The notes below the pieces were generated by a model. The model did not search any database. It was given only the letters and a program-made list of their open reading frames with translations, and was not told the DNA's origin. Below, piece after piece: positions 17,064 through 27,400 of a stretch of DNA of 45,512 nt. The position numbers and the translations under genes were made by a program. The stretch is from a virus (taxonomy: Duplodnaviria; Caudoviricetes), in IMG/VR virus record IMGVR_UViG_3300032234_000239, positions 1 through 45,512 of that record. One strand, given 5' to 3'. The stretch's first letter is position 1, and every line of letters starts with the position of its first letter.

Positions 17064-18401
17064 ATGGTGAGCAATATATCCAAGGCCCATTGGAACTCAG
17101 ATGGGGAAAATTTACGTCTTTCCATGCCACTTACTAAGGTGGACAAGGAGCGTAGAATCGTTTCTGGATTTGCATCTTTAGACAATATTGATAAGCAAGA
17201 TGATATTGTAACAGCAGAAGCATCAATGGATGCATTCGCAAAATTCCGAGGGAACATTAGAGAAATGCATCAGCCACTAGCAGTAGGCAAGATGGTTTCA
17301 TTCAAAGCAGATAAGTATTTTGATCCAGAATCAAAGAAGTTTTATAACGGAGTTTTTGTATCAGCATATGTTTCAAAGGGTGCACAGGATACTTGGGAAA
17401 AGGTTCTAGACGGAACACTAACTGGTTTTTCTATTGGTGGACGCATGAACAAGTGGGATGACGGTTATGACGAGAAGTCAGAAAAAGCAATTAGAATTAT
17501 TAAGCAATATGATTTGGTTGAGTTAAGTCTTGTAGATTCACCAGCAAATCAGTTTGCAAACATTGTATCTGTTGAAAAGGTTGACGGAGTAAATGTTATT
17601 AAGGGCGACGAAACAGTATTAGAAAATGTTTTTTATGACAAGGAATCAGGACTTGTTATGGTTTCAGAAAATGAATCAGAGTTAAGCCCAACCACAGGTG
17701 AGCAAATGGAAAATATAGGTTTCGTTGAAAAAACGGATAATGAAAAGACAGACATGATAAAATTCTTAGTTGATAGTGCTAAAGGCATTAATACTTCTAA
17801 GATTAACAAGGAGGTACAACCTATGACAAAATCAAAAACACAAGTTGAAAAGACAGATGTAGTTGAAGATGTTGTGGTCGCTCCAGAGGCAGATGCATCA
17901 GTTGCAGAAGTTGCTGAAGAAGTTGCTAAGGCAGAAGAGGTTGAAGCAACAGAAGTTGCTAAGACTGATGAAGTTGTAGCAGAAGAGATTGCTAAAGCAG
18001 AAGATGCTGAAGCAGTCGAGACAGTAACAGAAGCAGTTGTAGAAGTATCTAAGTCAGAAGAAGTAATTGCAGAGGCAGTTACCGAAATGAAAAATACTCT
18101 AGAATCAGCCTTTAGCGATCTAGTGTCAACAGTAAAGTCTTTGCAAGCAGAAGTAGAACTTCTTAAGTCTTCAAAGGTTGATGTTGATACAGTAAAGGAT
18201 TCATTTGCAGCAGTTGCAAAAGATATTGCAGCAGTATCAAATGAGTTTAACGAATTTGGAAAACGAGTAGACGCTGTGGAAGCAGACACCGCATTCCGAA
18301 AGTCTGGAGATATCGGCGATATCTTCCAGTCTCAGCCTGAAATGGTTGAAAAATCCCTATGGGGCGGTAGTTTCCTCAAAACAGCCGATCTATTCAAATG
18401 A
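17064..18401 (+). CDS. Prohead maturation protease fused to acidic/coiled-coil scaffold
   Basis: RIVSGFAS...D...D, REMH, GFSIGG and ELSLVDSPAN protease motifs; E/V/A-rich C-terminal half. Confidence 0.88.
   Translation: MVSNISKAHWNSDGENLRLSMPLTKVDKERRIVSGFASLDNIDKQDDIVTAEASMDAFAKFRGNIREMHQPLAVGKMVSFKADKYFDPESKKFYNGVFVSAYVSKGAQDTWEKVLDGTLTGFSIGGRMNKWDDGYDEKSEKAIRIIKQYDLVELSLVDSPANQFANIVSVEKVDGVNVIKGDETVLENVFYDKESGLVMVSENESELSPTTGEQMENIGFVEKTDNEKTDMIKFLVDSAKGINTSKINKEVQPMTKSKTQVEKTDVVEDVVVAPEADASVAEVAEEVAKAEEVEATEVAKTDEVVAEEIAKAEDAEAVETVTEAVVEVSKSEEVIAEAVTEMKNTLESAFSDLVSTVKSLQAEVELLKSSKVDVDTVKDSFAAVAKDIAAVSNEFNEFGKRVDAVEADTAFRKSGDIGDIFQSQPEMVEKSLWGGSFLKTADLFK
17823..18401 (+). CDS. Nested in-frame scaffolding protein (internal start)
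   Basis: SD AAGGAGGT (17808-17815) lies 7 nt before in-frame ATG 17823; TGATAAAAT at 17755-17763. Confidence 0.65.
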   Translation: MTKSKTQVEKTDVVEDVVVAPEADASVAEVAEEVAKAEEVEATEVAKTDEVVAEEIAKAEDAEAVETVTEAVVEVSKSEEVIAEAVTEMKNTLESAFSDLVSTVKSLQAEVELLKSSKVDVDTVKDSFAAVAKDIAAVSNEFNEFGKRVDAVEADTAFRKSGDIGDIFQSQPEMVEKSLWGGSFLKTADLFK

Positions 18402-18424
18402 ACAAATCACTAGGAGGTGACAAT

Positions 18425-19558
18425 ATGTCAGAAGAAATAATCAAAAACCAGCCAGGCGCTGAAGCAAATCTAGGAGGAGAAACTCCAGGTCTGTACCAGG
18501 GTCAAGGTGCTTTCGCATCAGGTGGAATTGGTGGAGTATCAAACCCAGGTGCAAATACACTTGGAAACATTCCAACAGCAACTCTTGGATCTACAAGCGG
18601 AGCAAACGCTGTTAACCCTAGTGGTTCAGCGGCTTCTGGAATTTTGCGCCCTGAGCAGGCACGTCGTTTTATCGACTATGTTTGGGATGCAACAGTATTA
18701 GCAAAGGATGGCCGTCGTGTAACAATGAAGGCTAACTCAATGGAACTTGAGAAGGTAAACGTCGGTGAGCGTGTTATCCGTGCAGCAGCACAAGCAATTG
18801 GTAACTACACAAACACAGGTGCAACTTTCACCAAGGTCGAACTTACTACCAAGAAGATTCGTCTTGATTGGGAAGTAACAGCAGAATCATTGGAAGATGG
18901 TGTAGAAGGTGACGCTCTAGAAGATCACTTGGTACGCTTGATGACCAACGCATTTGCAAATGATATCGAAGATCTCGCTATCAATGGTGATGGTTCTACA
19001 GGAGCATTCTTGTCAATCATGCCAGGCTTTATCAACAAGGTAAAGACAAACGGAGATGCACATGAGTCAGTAGTGACCGTAGCAGATAATGCTTGGACAC
19101 CTGATGTAATGCAGGGCATCATCAATGCAATGCCACGTAAGTACCGTGCACTTAAGAACAATCTTAAGTTCTACGCAGGTACAGACGCATTCGGTGGAAT
19201 CGTTAAGAACAACGGTACACTTGCTGATGCAGTAGCAGAAGCATTTGCAGGCCAGATGCCAGGATCAACCCAGGCAAACCGCCAGTCATACCTTGATGGT
19301 ATCGGACAGACATTCGGTGGAGCACGTACAACTCGTGTTCTCGGAATTGAAGTTCAGGAAGTTCCTTACTACCCAGCAGGCTATATCGACTTGACATTCC
19401 CTGCAAACCGTGTATGGGGATTCCAGCGTGATATCACTGTTAACCGTGAATACGTAGCAAAGAAGGACACAATTGAGTACACAGTATTCGTCCGCTTTGG
19501 TATTCAGTGGGAAGAAGAGGATGCAATTGCATTCGCTGACGCTGCTTCAGATTCATAA
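18425..19558 (+). CDS. Major capsid protein, HK97 fold (start revised from 18398)
   Basis: SD AGGAGGT; GILRPEQARRFI, ESLED, DIEDLAINGDG; position after protease/scaffold. Confidence 0.9.
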   Translation: MSEEIIKNQPGAEANLGGETPGLYQGQGAFASGGIGGVSNPGANTLGNIPTATLGSTSGANAVNPSGSAASGILRPEQARRFIDYVWDATVLAKDGRRVTMKANSMELEKVNVGERVIRAAAQAIGNYTNTGATFTKVELTTKKIRLDWEVTAESLEDGVEGDALEDHLVRLMTNAFANDIEDLAINGDGSTGAFLSIMPGFINKVKTNGDAHESVVTVADNAWTPDVMQGIINAMPRKYRALKNNLKFYAGTDAFGGIVKNNGTLADAVAEAFAGQMPGSTQANRQSYLDGIGQTFGGARTTRVLGIEVQEVPYYPAGYIDLTFPANRVWGFQRDITVNREYVAKKDTIEYTVFVRFGIQWEEEDAIAFADAASDS

Positions 19559-19579
19559 TCTGTAAACAGTACCTTTAAT

Positions 19580-19620
19580 GGGGGGCGGGAGTTCACTCTC
19601 CTGTCCCCCTTAATACTTTA
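19580..19620 (+). terminator. Intrinsic terminator after the capsid gene
   Basis: 12-bp GC-rich stem GGGGGGCGGGAG/CTCCTGTCCCCC, followed by TTAATACTTT. Confidence 0.7.
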
Positions 19621-19621
19621 A

Positions 19622-19630
19622 TGATATAAT
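19622..19630 (+). promoter_or_regulatory. Extended -10 promoter TGATATAAT
   Basis: Immediately after the terminator, before SD AAGGAGG and ATG 19649. Confidence 0.65.
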
Positions 19631-19648
19631 ACAAACAAGGAGGATACA

Positions 19649-20092
19649 ATGGAAAATAATGATTACAACAAGCCATTTTCATCACACGATGAAGAGTCTA
19701 CAGAAGTTGAAGCCCTAGAGGTAGAAACACCAGTAGAAACACCAGCAGAGCCAGTAGCAGAGCCAGTTGTAGAGCCAGTTGTTGAGGCACCAGTTGCAGA
19801 GGCAGTTGTCGAAGCACCAGCAGCAGAAGAGCCAGTTCAGTCACTAGGATTTACAGAAACAGGTGCTATTGGATCAATGGCAGCAGATGGTCCAAAGAAA
19901 AATATTAAGCCAGCAAAAGATCTTGGAGACAAGGTTGCTATCTACTCAACAAGTAATGTGCGTTGGGAAGAGGCAAATGGGGCAGTCTACAAGGGTGTTA
20001 ATATTGTAACAAAAGACCAAGCAGACAAGTGGTTAACACGCTCACATGTTCGCATTGCAACACCCGAAGAAGTCCAAAAGGTTTTAGGGTAA
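19649..20092 (+). CDS. Hypothetical protein with acidic E/P/V/A low-complexity N-terminus
   Basis: Strong SD; EPV/EAPV repeats followed by a small globular domain. Confidence 0.65.
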   Translation: MENNDYNKPFSSHDEESTEVEALEVETPVETPAEPVAEPVVEPVVEAPVAEAVVEAPAAEEPVQSLGFTETGAIGSMAADGPKKNIKPAKDLGDKVAIYSTSNVRWEEANGAVYKGVNIVTKDQADKWLTRSHVRIATPEEVQKVLG

Positions 20093-20098
20093 TTTAGT

Positions 20099-20980
20099 AT
20101 GGAAATATTGAGAGTTCCGCCATATACAGATATACCAGTTATTTATACAGTCCCTGCGTCTGTAGTAGATGAGGACATAACTGTTTTTGTTACTGATATG
20201 GCGGACCTTTCAATTTCTACATTAGAGTTTCAAGAACTTTCAACAGGAGATACAGTAACAATAAATCTTCCTGGAAAGTATGATTCTGAGTATAGAATCG
20301 AAGTTAAGATTTTAGAAGATATAGTTTTTGATGACACATATGAAGTAGTTAGACCATATGTGGACCCATCTAAAAAAGCAACTACAGCATCAGACATTGC
20401 TGCTTATGCAGATAATGAAGGAATAGCAAGAGCAATTATTGACTCAATTGTTCCAGAAGGATTCTATTACAAGAAAAAGGTTTTAAATTTTACAGGAACT
20501 GGATCAGATTATCTGCCAATCTGGGATGATGTAAAAAAGGTTTTGAGTGTATATGAAAATAATAAGTTGGTTGAAGATAGACAATATGAAGTAACATCTG
20601 ATAAGACAGCAATTGTTGAAAAGTCTACAGACAATATTAATCGTGCAGAGTCTGCACCACTTGTTTTGCCAGCAGCATCTTCAGACTCCCTAGACCCACA
20701 ATTCATCTATAGAGGTTTTGGAAAAACTTGGGATTACAGAATAACAGTAGAGTATGGACATACAATGGTTCCATCTGATATCGTAAAGGCAACAGAAATG
20801 CTTGTTCACGATATAGAATGCGGAAAGTTAGATTACTACAAGAGATTTATTTCTTCTTATAATACAGATCAGTATAGAATTCAGTTTGATAAGGGTCTTT
20901 TTGAAGGAACAGGAAATATAGTCGTAGACAAGATACTTTCAAAGTATACTAAGTCTATTACAAAAATTGGGGTGTTGTAA
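20099..20980 (+). CDS. Head-tail adaptor/connector
   Basis: Position, plus the YRITVEYGH..VPSDIVKA motif typical of adaptors. Confidence 0.6.
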   Translation: MEILRVPPYTDIPVIYTVPASVVDEDITVFVTDMADLSISTLEFQELSTGDTVTINLPGKYDSEYRIEVKILEDIVFDDTYEVVRPYVDPSKKATTASDIAAYADNEGIARAIIDSIVPEGFYYKKKVLNFTGTGSDYLPIWDDVKKVLSVYENNKLVEDRQYEVTSDKTAIVEKSTDNINRAESAPLVLPAASSDSLDPQFIYRGFGKTWDYRITVEYGHTMVPSDIVKATEMLVHDIECGKLDYYKRFISSYNTDQYRIQFDKGLFEGTGNIVVDKILSKYTKSITKIGVL

Positions 20981-21429
20981 TGACAGTTTGCGAAACTCCA
21001 GACTTCATGTTCCCAATGCAAGCATCTCTCTATCACCCAATTGTTGAGCAGGGCGACTTCGGAGCAATTAAAAAGCAGTGGGTTCTTGATAGAACCTTTG
21101 CATGCAGTTTTTCATCAGGAGGATCTGCATTTAAAGAAGATGTAAAGCCAAATGTAAACATAACTCAGAACTCTATTTTGGTAGGAAGAACAAAGTCAGA
21201 CGTAAGAATATCTTCAAGAGATAATAAAAACGCACTAACGAACATATTAATAACAGATATAAAAGACCAAGAAGGAAACCTAATATACATGGAAACATCT
21301 GGTGTTAGATCTGGGAAGCCAACTCTTTTTGAGATAGCAACATGCGAACCGTTTGTTGGACCATTTGGAGTGGTAGAGTCGTTCAAGTTGGTTATCAGAA
21401 GATCAGAGAATCAGTCAGGTGACCTATGA
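20980..21429 (+). CDS. Putative head-closure protein
   Basis: Size and synteny; TAATG coupling. Confidence 0.5.
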   Translation: MTVCETPDFMFPMQASLYHPIVEQGDFGAIKKQWVLDRTFACSFSSGGSAFKEDVKPNVNITQNSILVGRTKSDVRISSRDNKNALTNILITDIKDQEGNLIYMETSGVRSGKPTLFEIATCEPFVGPFGVVESFKLVIRRSENQSGDL

Positions 21430-22100
21430 GGCCAGTATATAACTCTAAGAAGTTTAAGAAAGAAATGAACAATATCGTAAACTATTCTTTTGGTTTTTTA
21501 GACGGTATTGATAAAGGAAAGACTCCATTCTTAAGATCTCTAGGAGCGCAAACAGTAGAAATCATGAAGCAGTTTGTAGACTCAAATGCAAGGGTAAATC
21601 CAGAGATGCTTCACCATATATACGAATGGAATAGAACAGGAAGCCCAGCATCAAGACTGTACGATATAGAATTTACAACCAGTAATCTTGGATTATCTTT
21701 TAAGTCATCTTTTCGTCAATCAACATCAATTAAAGATGGGTCAAAGACACCATTTTATGACAAAGCAAGAATCATTGAGGATGGAATTTCTGTATTGATC
21801 AAACCAAAAGCCTCAGAGGTTTTGGCTTTTGAAGAAAACGGAGAAACTGTTTTTACAAAAAAGCCAATCAGAGTTGCAAACCCTGGAGGCCAAGAAGCAC
21901 AGGGTGGGTTTGAAAGAACACTAGACTTATTCTTTGATAAATATTTTTCGCAATCATTTTTAAGAACTAGCGGAGTTGCAAAGTATCTTGAAAATCCAGT
22001 AGTTTATAAAAAGAATTTAAGAGCAGGTAAAGCAAGAGGAAGATCCAGGGGAGTGTCTGTAGGATATACTTGGGTTGCTAACGCAGGAGTAGGTGCATAA
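21426..22100 (+). CDS. Putative neck/tail-completion protein
   Basis: Synteny; basic protein with IKPK...VLAF...VFTKK..VANPG motif. Confidence 0.5.
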   Translation: MRPVYNSKKFKKEMNNIVNYSFGFLDGIDKGKTPFLRSLGAQTVEIMKQFVDSNARVNPEMLHHIYEWNRTGSPASRLYDIEFTTSNLGLSFKSSFRQSTSIKDGSKTPFYDKARIIEDGISVLIKPKASEVLAFEENGETVFTKKPIRVANPGGQEAQGGFERTLDLFFDKYFSQSFLRTSGVAKYLENPVVYKKNLRAGKARGRSRGVSVGYTWVANAGVGA

Positions 22101-22612
22101 TGGCTGCAGTAATTCATCATCCACCAACAATTATTAATGCCTATCTAGCAGACAAGATTGGTCCAAGTTTTGGTTCTTCTGGAACAACATACTTTTTCCC
22201 CACACTTCCTACTCAGATAGACGATCTTATAAACACATTTCCTCAGAGCAATGGTGTTTTTGGTGTATATGACAGAATGTTTAAGATGAGAAGAGAGGCT
22301 TTCCCATATATTAAGTGTGAGCAACTTCTTTATTATTTTTATTCTATTGGTGAAGATGCACAAAAGAACATGATTATTACTCAGCAACAGATAAGCGACC
22401 TACTTGACAATGCTGATGATTCAGCAAAAGACCTTAATGAGTGGGCAGCAGCAAACGCAAGTGCTTGGGATACAGACTCTCTACCACTGTTCTTTCATAA
22501 CTTCAAGATATATCAACTAGAAGAGACTAGAGATATCGTTGATTTTGCCACAGCCCGTACTTATGCGGGGAATAAGATAATTATTGACTACGACTGGCAT
22601 CCAAATACCTAA
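22100..22612 (+). CDS. Putative tail terminator
   Basis: Synteny, immediately before the major tail gene. Confidence 0.45.
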   Translation: MAAVIHHPPTIINAYLADKIGPSFGSSGTTYFFPTLPTQIDDLINTFPQSNGVFGVYDRMFKMRREAFPYIKCEQLLYYFYSIGEDAQKNMIITQQQISDLLDNADDSAKDLNEWAAANASAWDTDSLPLFFHNFKIYQLEETRDIVDFATARTYAGNKIIIDYDWHPNT

Positions 22613-22678
22613 TAAAAAGCCTGTATAATTAAGGTGAGGAAACAACCCCCTTTTAATAAAATGAAAGAGGTGAGATAT

Positions 22679-23344
22679 ATGGCATACAGCCGTGGTTCAA
22701 GTAGTAACATTATCGTGGGTGCAGCAGCACTTTTTACACATAATGCAGGTCCACTAGGATTGGTATCATCTGGCGCAAATGCAGGAAAGATTACTGATGC
22801 TCAAGCAGCAACAGACCTTCCAGCACTAACAGCATCAGATACATCCTACAAGGAAACATTGTCTAACGACAATGCATTCACAAATATCGGATACACATCA
22901 AATGGTTTGGAACTAGCGTTCGAGCCAGATTTTGGTGAAGTAGCGGTAGATCAACTTCTCGACGTTGCTCGTTTGTTCAAGCAAGGTATGACAGTTAACC
23001 TAAATACATCTTTCGCAGAGGCAACACTAGAAAACCTTCTAGTAGCAATTGCAGGAGATGAAGCAGATCTAGATGATTCAACAGCAGGTCTTGTAGACAT
23101 GAGAATGTCTGCAGGAGACATTGGTGACGTTCCACTAGAGCGTGGAATCGTAGCAGTAGGACCAGGTTCTGGTTCTGCCCTAGATCCAAAGGAAAGAATC
23201 TATGTTGCATACCGTGCACTTTCAATCGAGAGCGTAACAGTATCAGCAAAGCGTGATGAGGCTTCAATGTTTGAAGTATCATTCCGTCTTCTTCCAAACG
23301 ATGACGCATCATACGGTAAGATCGTAGACCGTTCACTCGTATAA
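22679..23344 (+). CDS. Major tail (tube) protein (start revised from 22634)
   Basis: SD GAGGTG; IGYTSNGLEL...VDQL...AEATLENL pattern of siphoviral tube proteins; followed by a terminator. Confidence 0.8.
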   Translation: MAYSRGSSSNIIVGAAALFTHNAGPLGLVSSGANAGKITDAQAATDLPALTASDTSYKETLSNDNAFTNIGYTSNGLELAFEPDFGEVAVDQLLDVARLFKQGMTVNLNTSFAEATLENLLVAIAGDEADLDDSTAGLVDMRMSAGDIGDVPLERGIVAVGPGSGSALDPKERIYVAYRALSIESVTVSAKRDEASMFEVSFRLLPNDDASYGKIVDRSLV

Positions 23345-23360
23345 TACAACTCAATATGAG

Positions 23361-23394
23361 AGGCTCAATCCTTCGGGGTTGGGCCTTTCTGTTT
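23361..23394 (+). terminator. Intrinsic terminator with cUUCGg tetraloop
   Basis: AGGCTCAATCC-TTCG-GGGTTGGGCCT followed by TTCTGTTT. Confidence 0.8.
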
Positions 23395-23402
23395 GGTATA
23401 CT
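23394..23402 (+). promoter_or_regulatory. Extended -10 promoter TGGTATACT, leaderless
   Basis: Lies 6 nt before ATG 23409; no SD. Confidence 0.65.
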
Positions 23403-23408
23403 TATATA

Positions 23409-24089
23409 ATGGCAACAAGTATATATAAAAAGAGAAAGTTCTATTTTGTAGATAGAACAGAGATTTCTGCTGGACCACTTAAAATAAAGTATCTTAGAGA
23501 TTTCTTAGAAGAGTTTGAACTAATCAAAGAGGCAAAGACAGATGATGAGTCTATATCTATTTTAGTTGACTGTGCTTTGATAGCAATGAAACAGTACGCC
23601 CCACATATTAAGACAGTGGATGATCTTGAGGATAACCTAGACCTTCCAACAATCTACGAAGTTTTAGATATAGCAGCAGGAATTAAAATTAATCAAAAAT
23701 CAGAAGAGCCTGTAAAGTCTCAAGCCGTAGAAAGCGGATCATCATGGGAAACCTTAGATTTGGCAAAATTAGAATCAGAGGTTTTTGTTCTTGGAATATG
23801 GAAAGACTACGAGGAACTAGAAGAGTCTTTATCTATGGCAGAACTAACTGCAACACTTGAAATAAAAAGAGAACTAGAGTATAACGATAAAAAGTTCTTT
23901 GCAGCCATGAAAGGAATCGATCTTGACAAACAGTCAGGAAAAGGTAATGAGTGGGAAGACATGAAAGCCAGGGTATTTAGTAAAGGCAAGGCAGTAGACG
24001 GAAAAGATATTCTAGCCCTACAGGGCAAAAACGCAGACAGGGCTGGCTTTGGAATTGGAATGGGGCTTACTTATGAGGTTTACGAATAG
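23409..24089 (+). CDS. Tail assembly chaperone, long (GT-like) form (start revised from 23379)
   Basis: Between the tube and tape measure genes. N-half is paralogous to ORF 24146; the C-half (W..YEELEESLSMAEL) is T-like. Confidence 0.65.
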   Translation: MATSIYKKRKFYFVDRTEISAGPLKIKYLRDFLEEFELIKEAKTDDESISILVDCALIAMKQYAPHIKTVDDLEDNLDLPTIYEVLDIAAGIKINQKSEEPVKSQAVESGSSWETLDLAKLESEVFVLGIWKDYEELEESLSMAELTATLEIKRELEYNDKKFFAAMKGIDLDKQSGKGNEWEDMKARVFSKGKAVDGKDILALQGKNADRAGFGIGMGLTYEVYE

Positions 24090-24110
24090 CCAAAAAATAA
24101 GCCTGTTCTA

Positions 24111-24119
24111 TGGTATAAT
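24111..24119 (+). promoter_or_regulatory. Extended -10 promoter TGGTATAAT
   Basis: Consensus motif before SD AAGGAGG and ATG 24146. Confidence 0.65.
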
Positions 24120-24145
24120 TGACTAAACCTTATAAGGAGGAAACA

Positions 24146-24469
24146 ATGTCTACAAAAGTTGAAGATAAGCAAGAACTACAACTTATCGATGGAACAAAGT
24201 TTGAAGTAAGACCACTAAAAATCTCACTTCTGAAACCATTTATGAAGAAGTTCACAGAACTACAAGAAGTAGCAGATGACAACGAAAAATCAATGAACGT
24301 TTTGCTAGACTGTGTGCAGATTGCATTTAAGCAATATCTTCCACTGGTGGCAGAAAACAGAGAGGCGATTGAGGAAAATCTAGATCTTCCTACAGTCTAT
24401 AAGATTATTGACGCTGCTTCAGGAATGCAACTAGCAGACGCAACTGGTCTTTTAAACTCAATCAAATAA
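24146..24469 (+). CDS. Tail assembly chaperone, short (G-like) form (start revised from 24119)
   Basis: Strong SD; directly precedes the tape measure gene. Confidence 0.7.
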   Translation: MSTKVEDKQELQLIDGTKFEVRPLKISLLKPFMKKFTELQEVADDNEKSMNVLLDCVQIAFKQYLPLVAENREAIEENLDLPTVYKIIDAASGMQLADATGLLNSIK

Positions 24470-24487
24470 AGAAGAGGGTGTTAATGA

Positions 24488-27400
24488 GTGGCTGATGTAA
24501 ACTCCAATATTGGTATTAATTTTGATACCAGATCAGCCCTTGCATCTCTTCGTAAATTACAGGCTGGATTAAGCACATTTAATCAATCCCTAACTCAGGG
24601 AAATGTTGCAGCAATGAATGCCCAAAAGGGCCTAGTCGATTCTTTGATGCAGTCCATAAATGCTACTGGAAAGTTTGTTGCAAGTCAGAAAGAGATAGCA
24701 ACAAGCACAGCCTCATTTACAAATGCTCTTGAAAAGAATCAACTCTCCATGCGAGAGTACTTCAGGTACACTGCAGCAGCAGCGACGGCAAATACAAAAA
24801 CCTTTAAGGGCATGTTTGCTCAAGAGCGTGAAGTCATTAACCGTGCACGTAGAGATAGAGTAAAACTTTTACAGTCTCAGTATGTTCAGTTAAGCAATGC
24901 CAACGGTGACCTTGTCAAGGTTTTGCAGGTAGTTCCAAAGCACCTGCAAATGACCAATGGTCAGTACTCTGACTATGCAACAAGAGTGCAGATGGCTGCT
25001 CAACGCCAGCAATTTTTAAACCAGTTGTTAAAACAAGGATCAACAAACCTTCTAAACTTTGGTAAGAACACTCAGTGGGCTGGTCGCCAGTTGATGGTTG
25101 GTTTGACCATACCACTATCCATTCTTGGTTCTGCAGCAGCAAAAACATTTATGGAAATGGAAGAAGCAGTTCTTAAGTTTTCTAGAGTATATGGAGACAT
25201 AACAACTTCTGGAGACGCAACAAACAGAGCAGTTGCTGATATTCAAAGACTTGGAAAAGAATTTACTAAATACGGAATTGCAGTAAAAGATACAGTGGAG
25301 ATGGCAGCACAAGCAGCAGCCATGGGTCTTACTGGAGGTGACCTTAATGCTCAGGTAATCAACGCAACAAAACTTGCAGTTCTTGGTCAGGTAGAACAAC
25401 AGCAGGCGCTTGAAACAACAATCTCATTAACAAATGCATTTGGTCTTGCATCAGAAGAACTTGCACAAAAAATTAACTTTCTTAACGCAGTAGAAAACCA
25501 AACAGTTCTTTCTATTGAAGATTTAACAATAGCAATTCCAAAGGCTGGACCAGTTGTGAAGCAACTTGGTGGATCTGTAGAAGATCTTGCGTTCTTCATG
25601 ACTGCAATGAAGGAAGGTGGAATTAACGCATCAGAAGGTGCTAACGCACTTAAGTCTGGTCTTGCCTCTATGATTAACCCAGCAAAAAAGACAAGCGAGT
25701 TTCTTGCTAGTCTTGGAATCAATATTAAGGGAATTGTAGATAACAATGCTGGAGACCTGAAGGGAACTGTTGTAGGACTTGCTAGAGCACTTGATACACT
25801 TGATCCATTAAATAGAGCAAGAGCAATTGAGCAACTATTTGGTAAGTTCCAGTTTGCTCGTTTGTCTACGTTGTTTCAGAACGTAACAAAGGATTCTTCT
25901 CAGGCAGCCAGAGCGCTTGGACTTGCTGGGGCATCAGTAGAAGAACTAGCAATCTTATCTGAACGAGAATTAAAGAAGGTTGAAGATTCAACTGGTGCTA
26001 AATTTAAAAAGGCCATGGAGAATCTAAAGAATGAATTAGTCCCAGTAGGAAAAGCATTCTTGCAAGCAGTAACCCCAATAGTAGAATTTGTTGGGAAACT
26101 ACTAACAAAGTTTAATGGTTTAAGTGATGGAACTAAAAAGGTAGTAACAATTATTACTGCAGTTCTTGGAGCCATTGCTCCAGTTGCACTTATGACATTT
26201 GGTATCCTTATGAATGGTGCTGCAAATGTTATAAAACTATTTGCACTGCTTCGTGGAGGAATTGCAAAACTTAATGGACAGAATAATGTACTTGGTGGAG
26301 GGTTTGACTATTTAACTAATCAGCAAACAGAATTGCTTGCAGAAACAAATGCACTTCATACCTCTCATCAACAACTAATCTCTACGTTCAATGTTGAAAA
26401 AACTGCACTTGATAGTTTAGCAGCAGCCTATGCAAATGCAGCAAGCCAAGCAAGAACATTAGCATCCAACTCTCCAGGATTATTTAATACAGTCCCAGGA
26501 GCAACAGGAGCAGTAGCAGGGCTACCTCCTAAGAAGTTTGCAGACGGTGGAGTTGTTCCAGGAACAGGAAATAAAGACACAGTTCCAGCAATGCTTACTC
26601 CAGGAGAGGTTGTTCTTACTAAGCAAACAGTAAAAGACAATCCAGAATTAGTTGCAGCACTTCAAAATGGATCTGTAAAGAAGTATGGAACAGGAACTGG
26701 AAAGAGACAGACTACAGGACAGGCGTCTAAGGGCGTAATGTTTGATGTTGGTGGGCGTCAACTTGGTTTAGGAATAAAGCCAGAATCAGATCAGAATATT
26801 GCAGATGTAAAAACACTTGTTGAATTCACCAAAACTCTTGACGGAGGAACAGACATTCTTACAGAAGTTTTTGCAAGATTTGCAGGAGAATCTAAAGTAC
26901 CACTTAAAGAGTTTGTAAGAGAGTTAAGAATCGTAACAGAAGGTTTGACTGGAGTAGCAATTTCTTCAGGTAAGATCAACGAAGTCCTTGGTCGTGGGAC
27001 AAACAATAAACTTGTTGGTCACTCAGCAAGTGAGGCTGGCGTCAGCACATCAGTCAAAGAAGAAATGGAAGCGGCAGGAAGAACTGCAGAATTAGAAAGA
27101 GAACAACGGATTTCTGAACGTGCAGCAGCCAAGTTAAAAGCAAATCATCCAGAGATGGGCGATGTTCAAAGAGGTAAAGACGGAAAAGTTCAAATGTCTA
27201 GAGCCCACATCGCAGAGCAAGGCTCAACAGTAAAAAGTATTCCAGAGGGATGGGTTGCACCTCTTTATAATGCACAGTCACAATTCCTAAATCAACTTGG
27301 AAGTACAATTAAGGGTGAAGAGGGCAAAGCAACACCAATGAAGGATAAGTACTTATCTGTTTTAAGTACACTACCAAAAGACGTAGCATCTGGCGAAGAT

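Noticed and set aside
17633-18289. 218-aa Ser/Thr/Ala-rich minus-strand ORF, and similar antisense ORFs within the tape measure gene
   Set aside because: These are antisense shadows of GCA/GAA/GTT-rich coding sequence; all credible genes are on the + strand.
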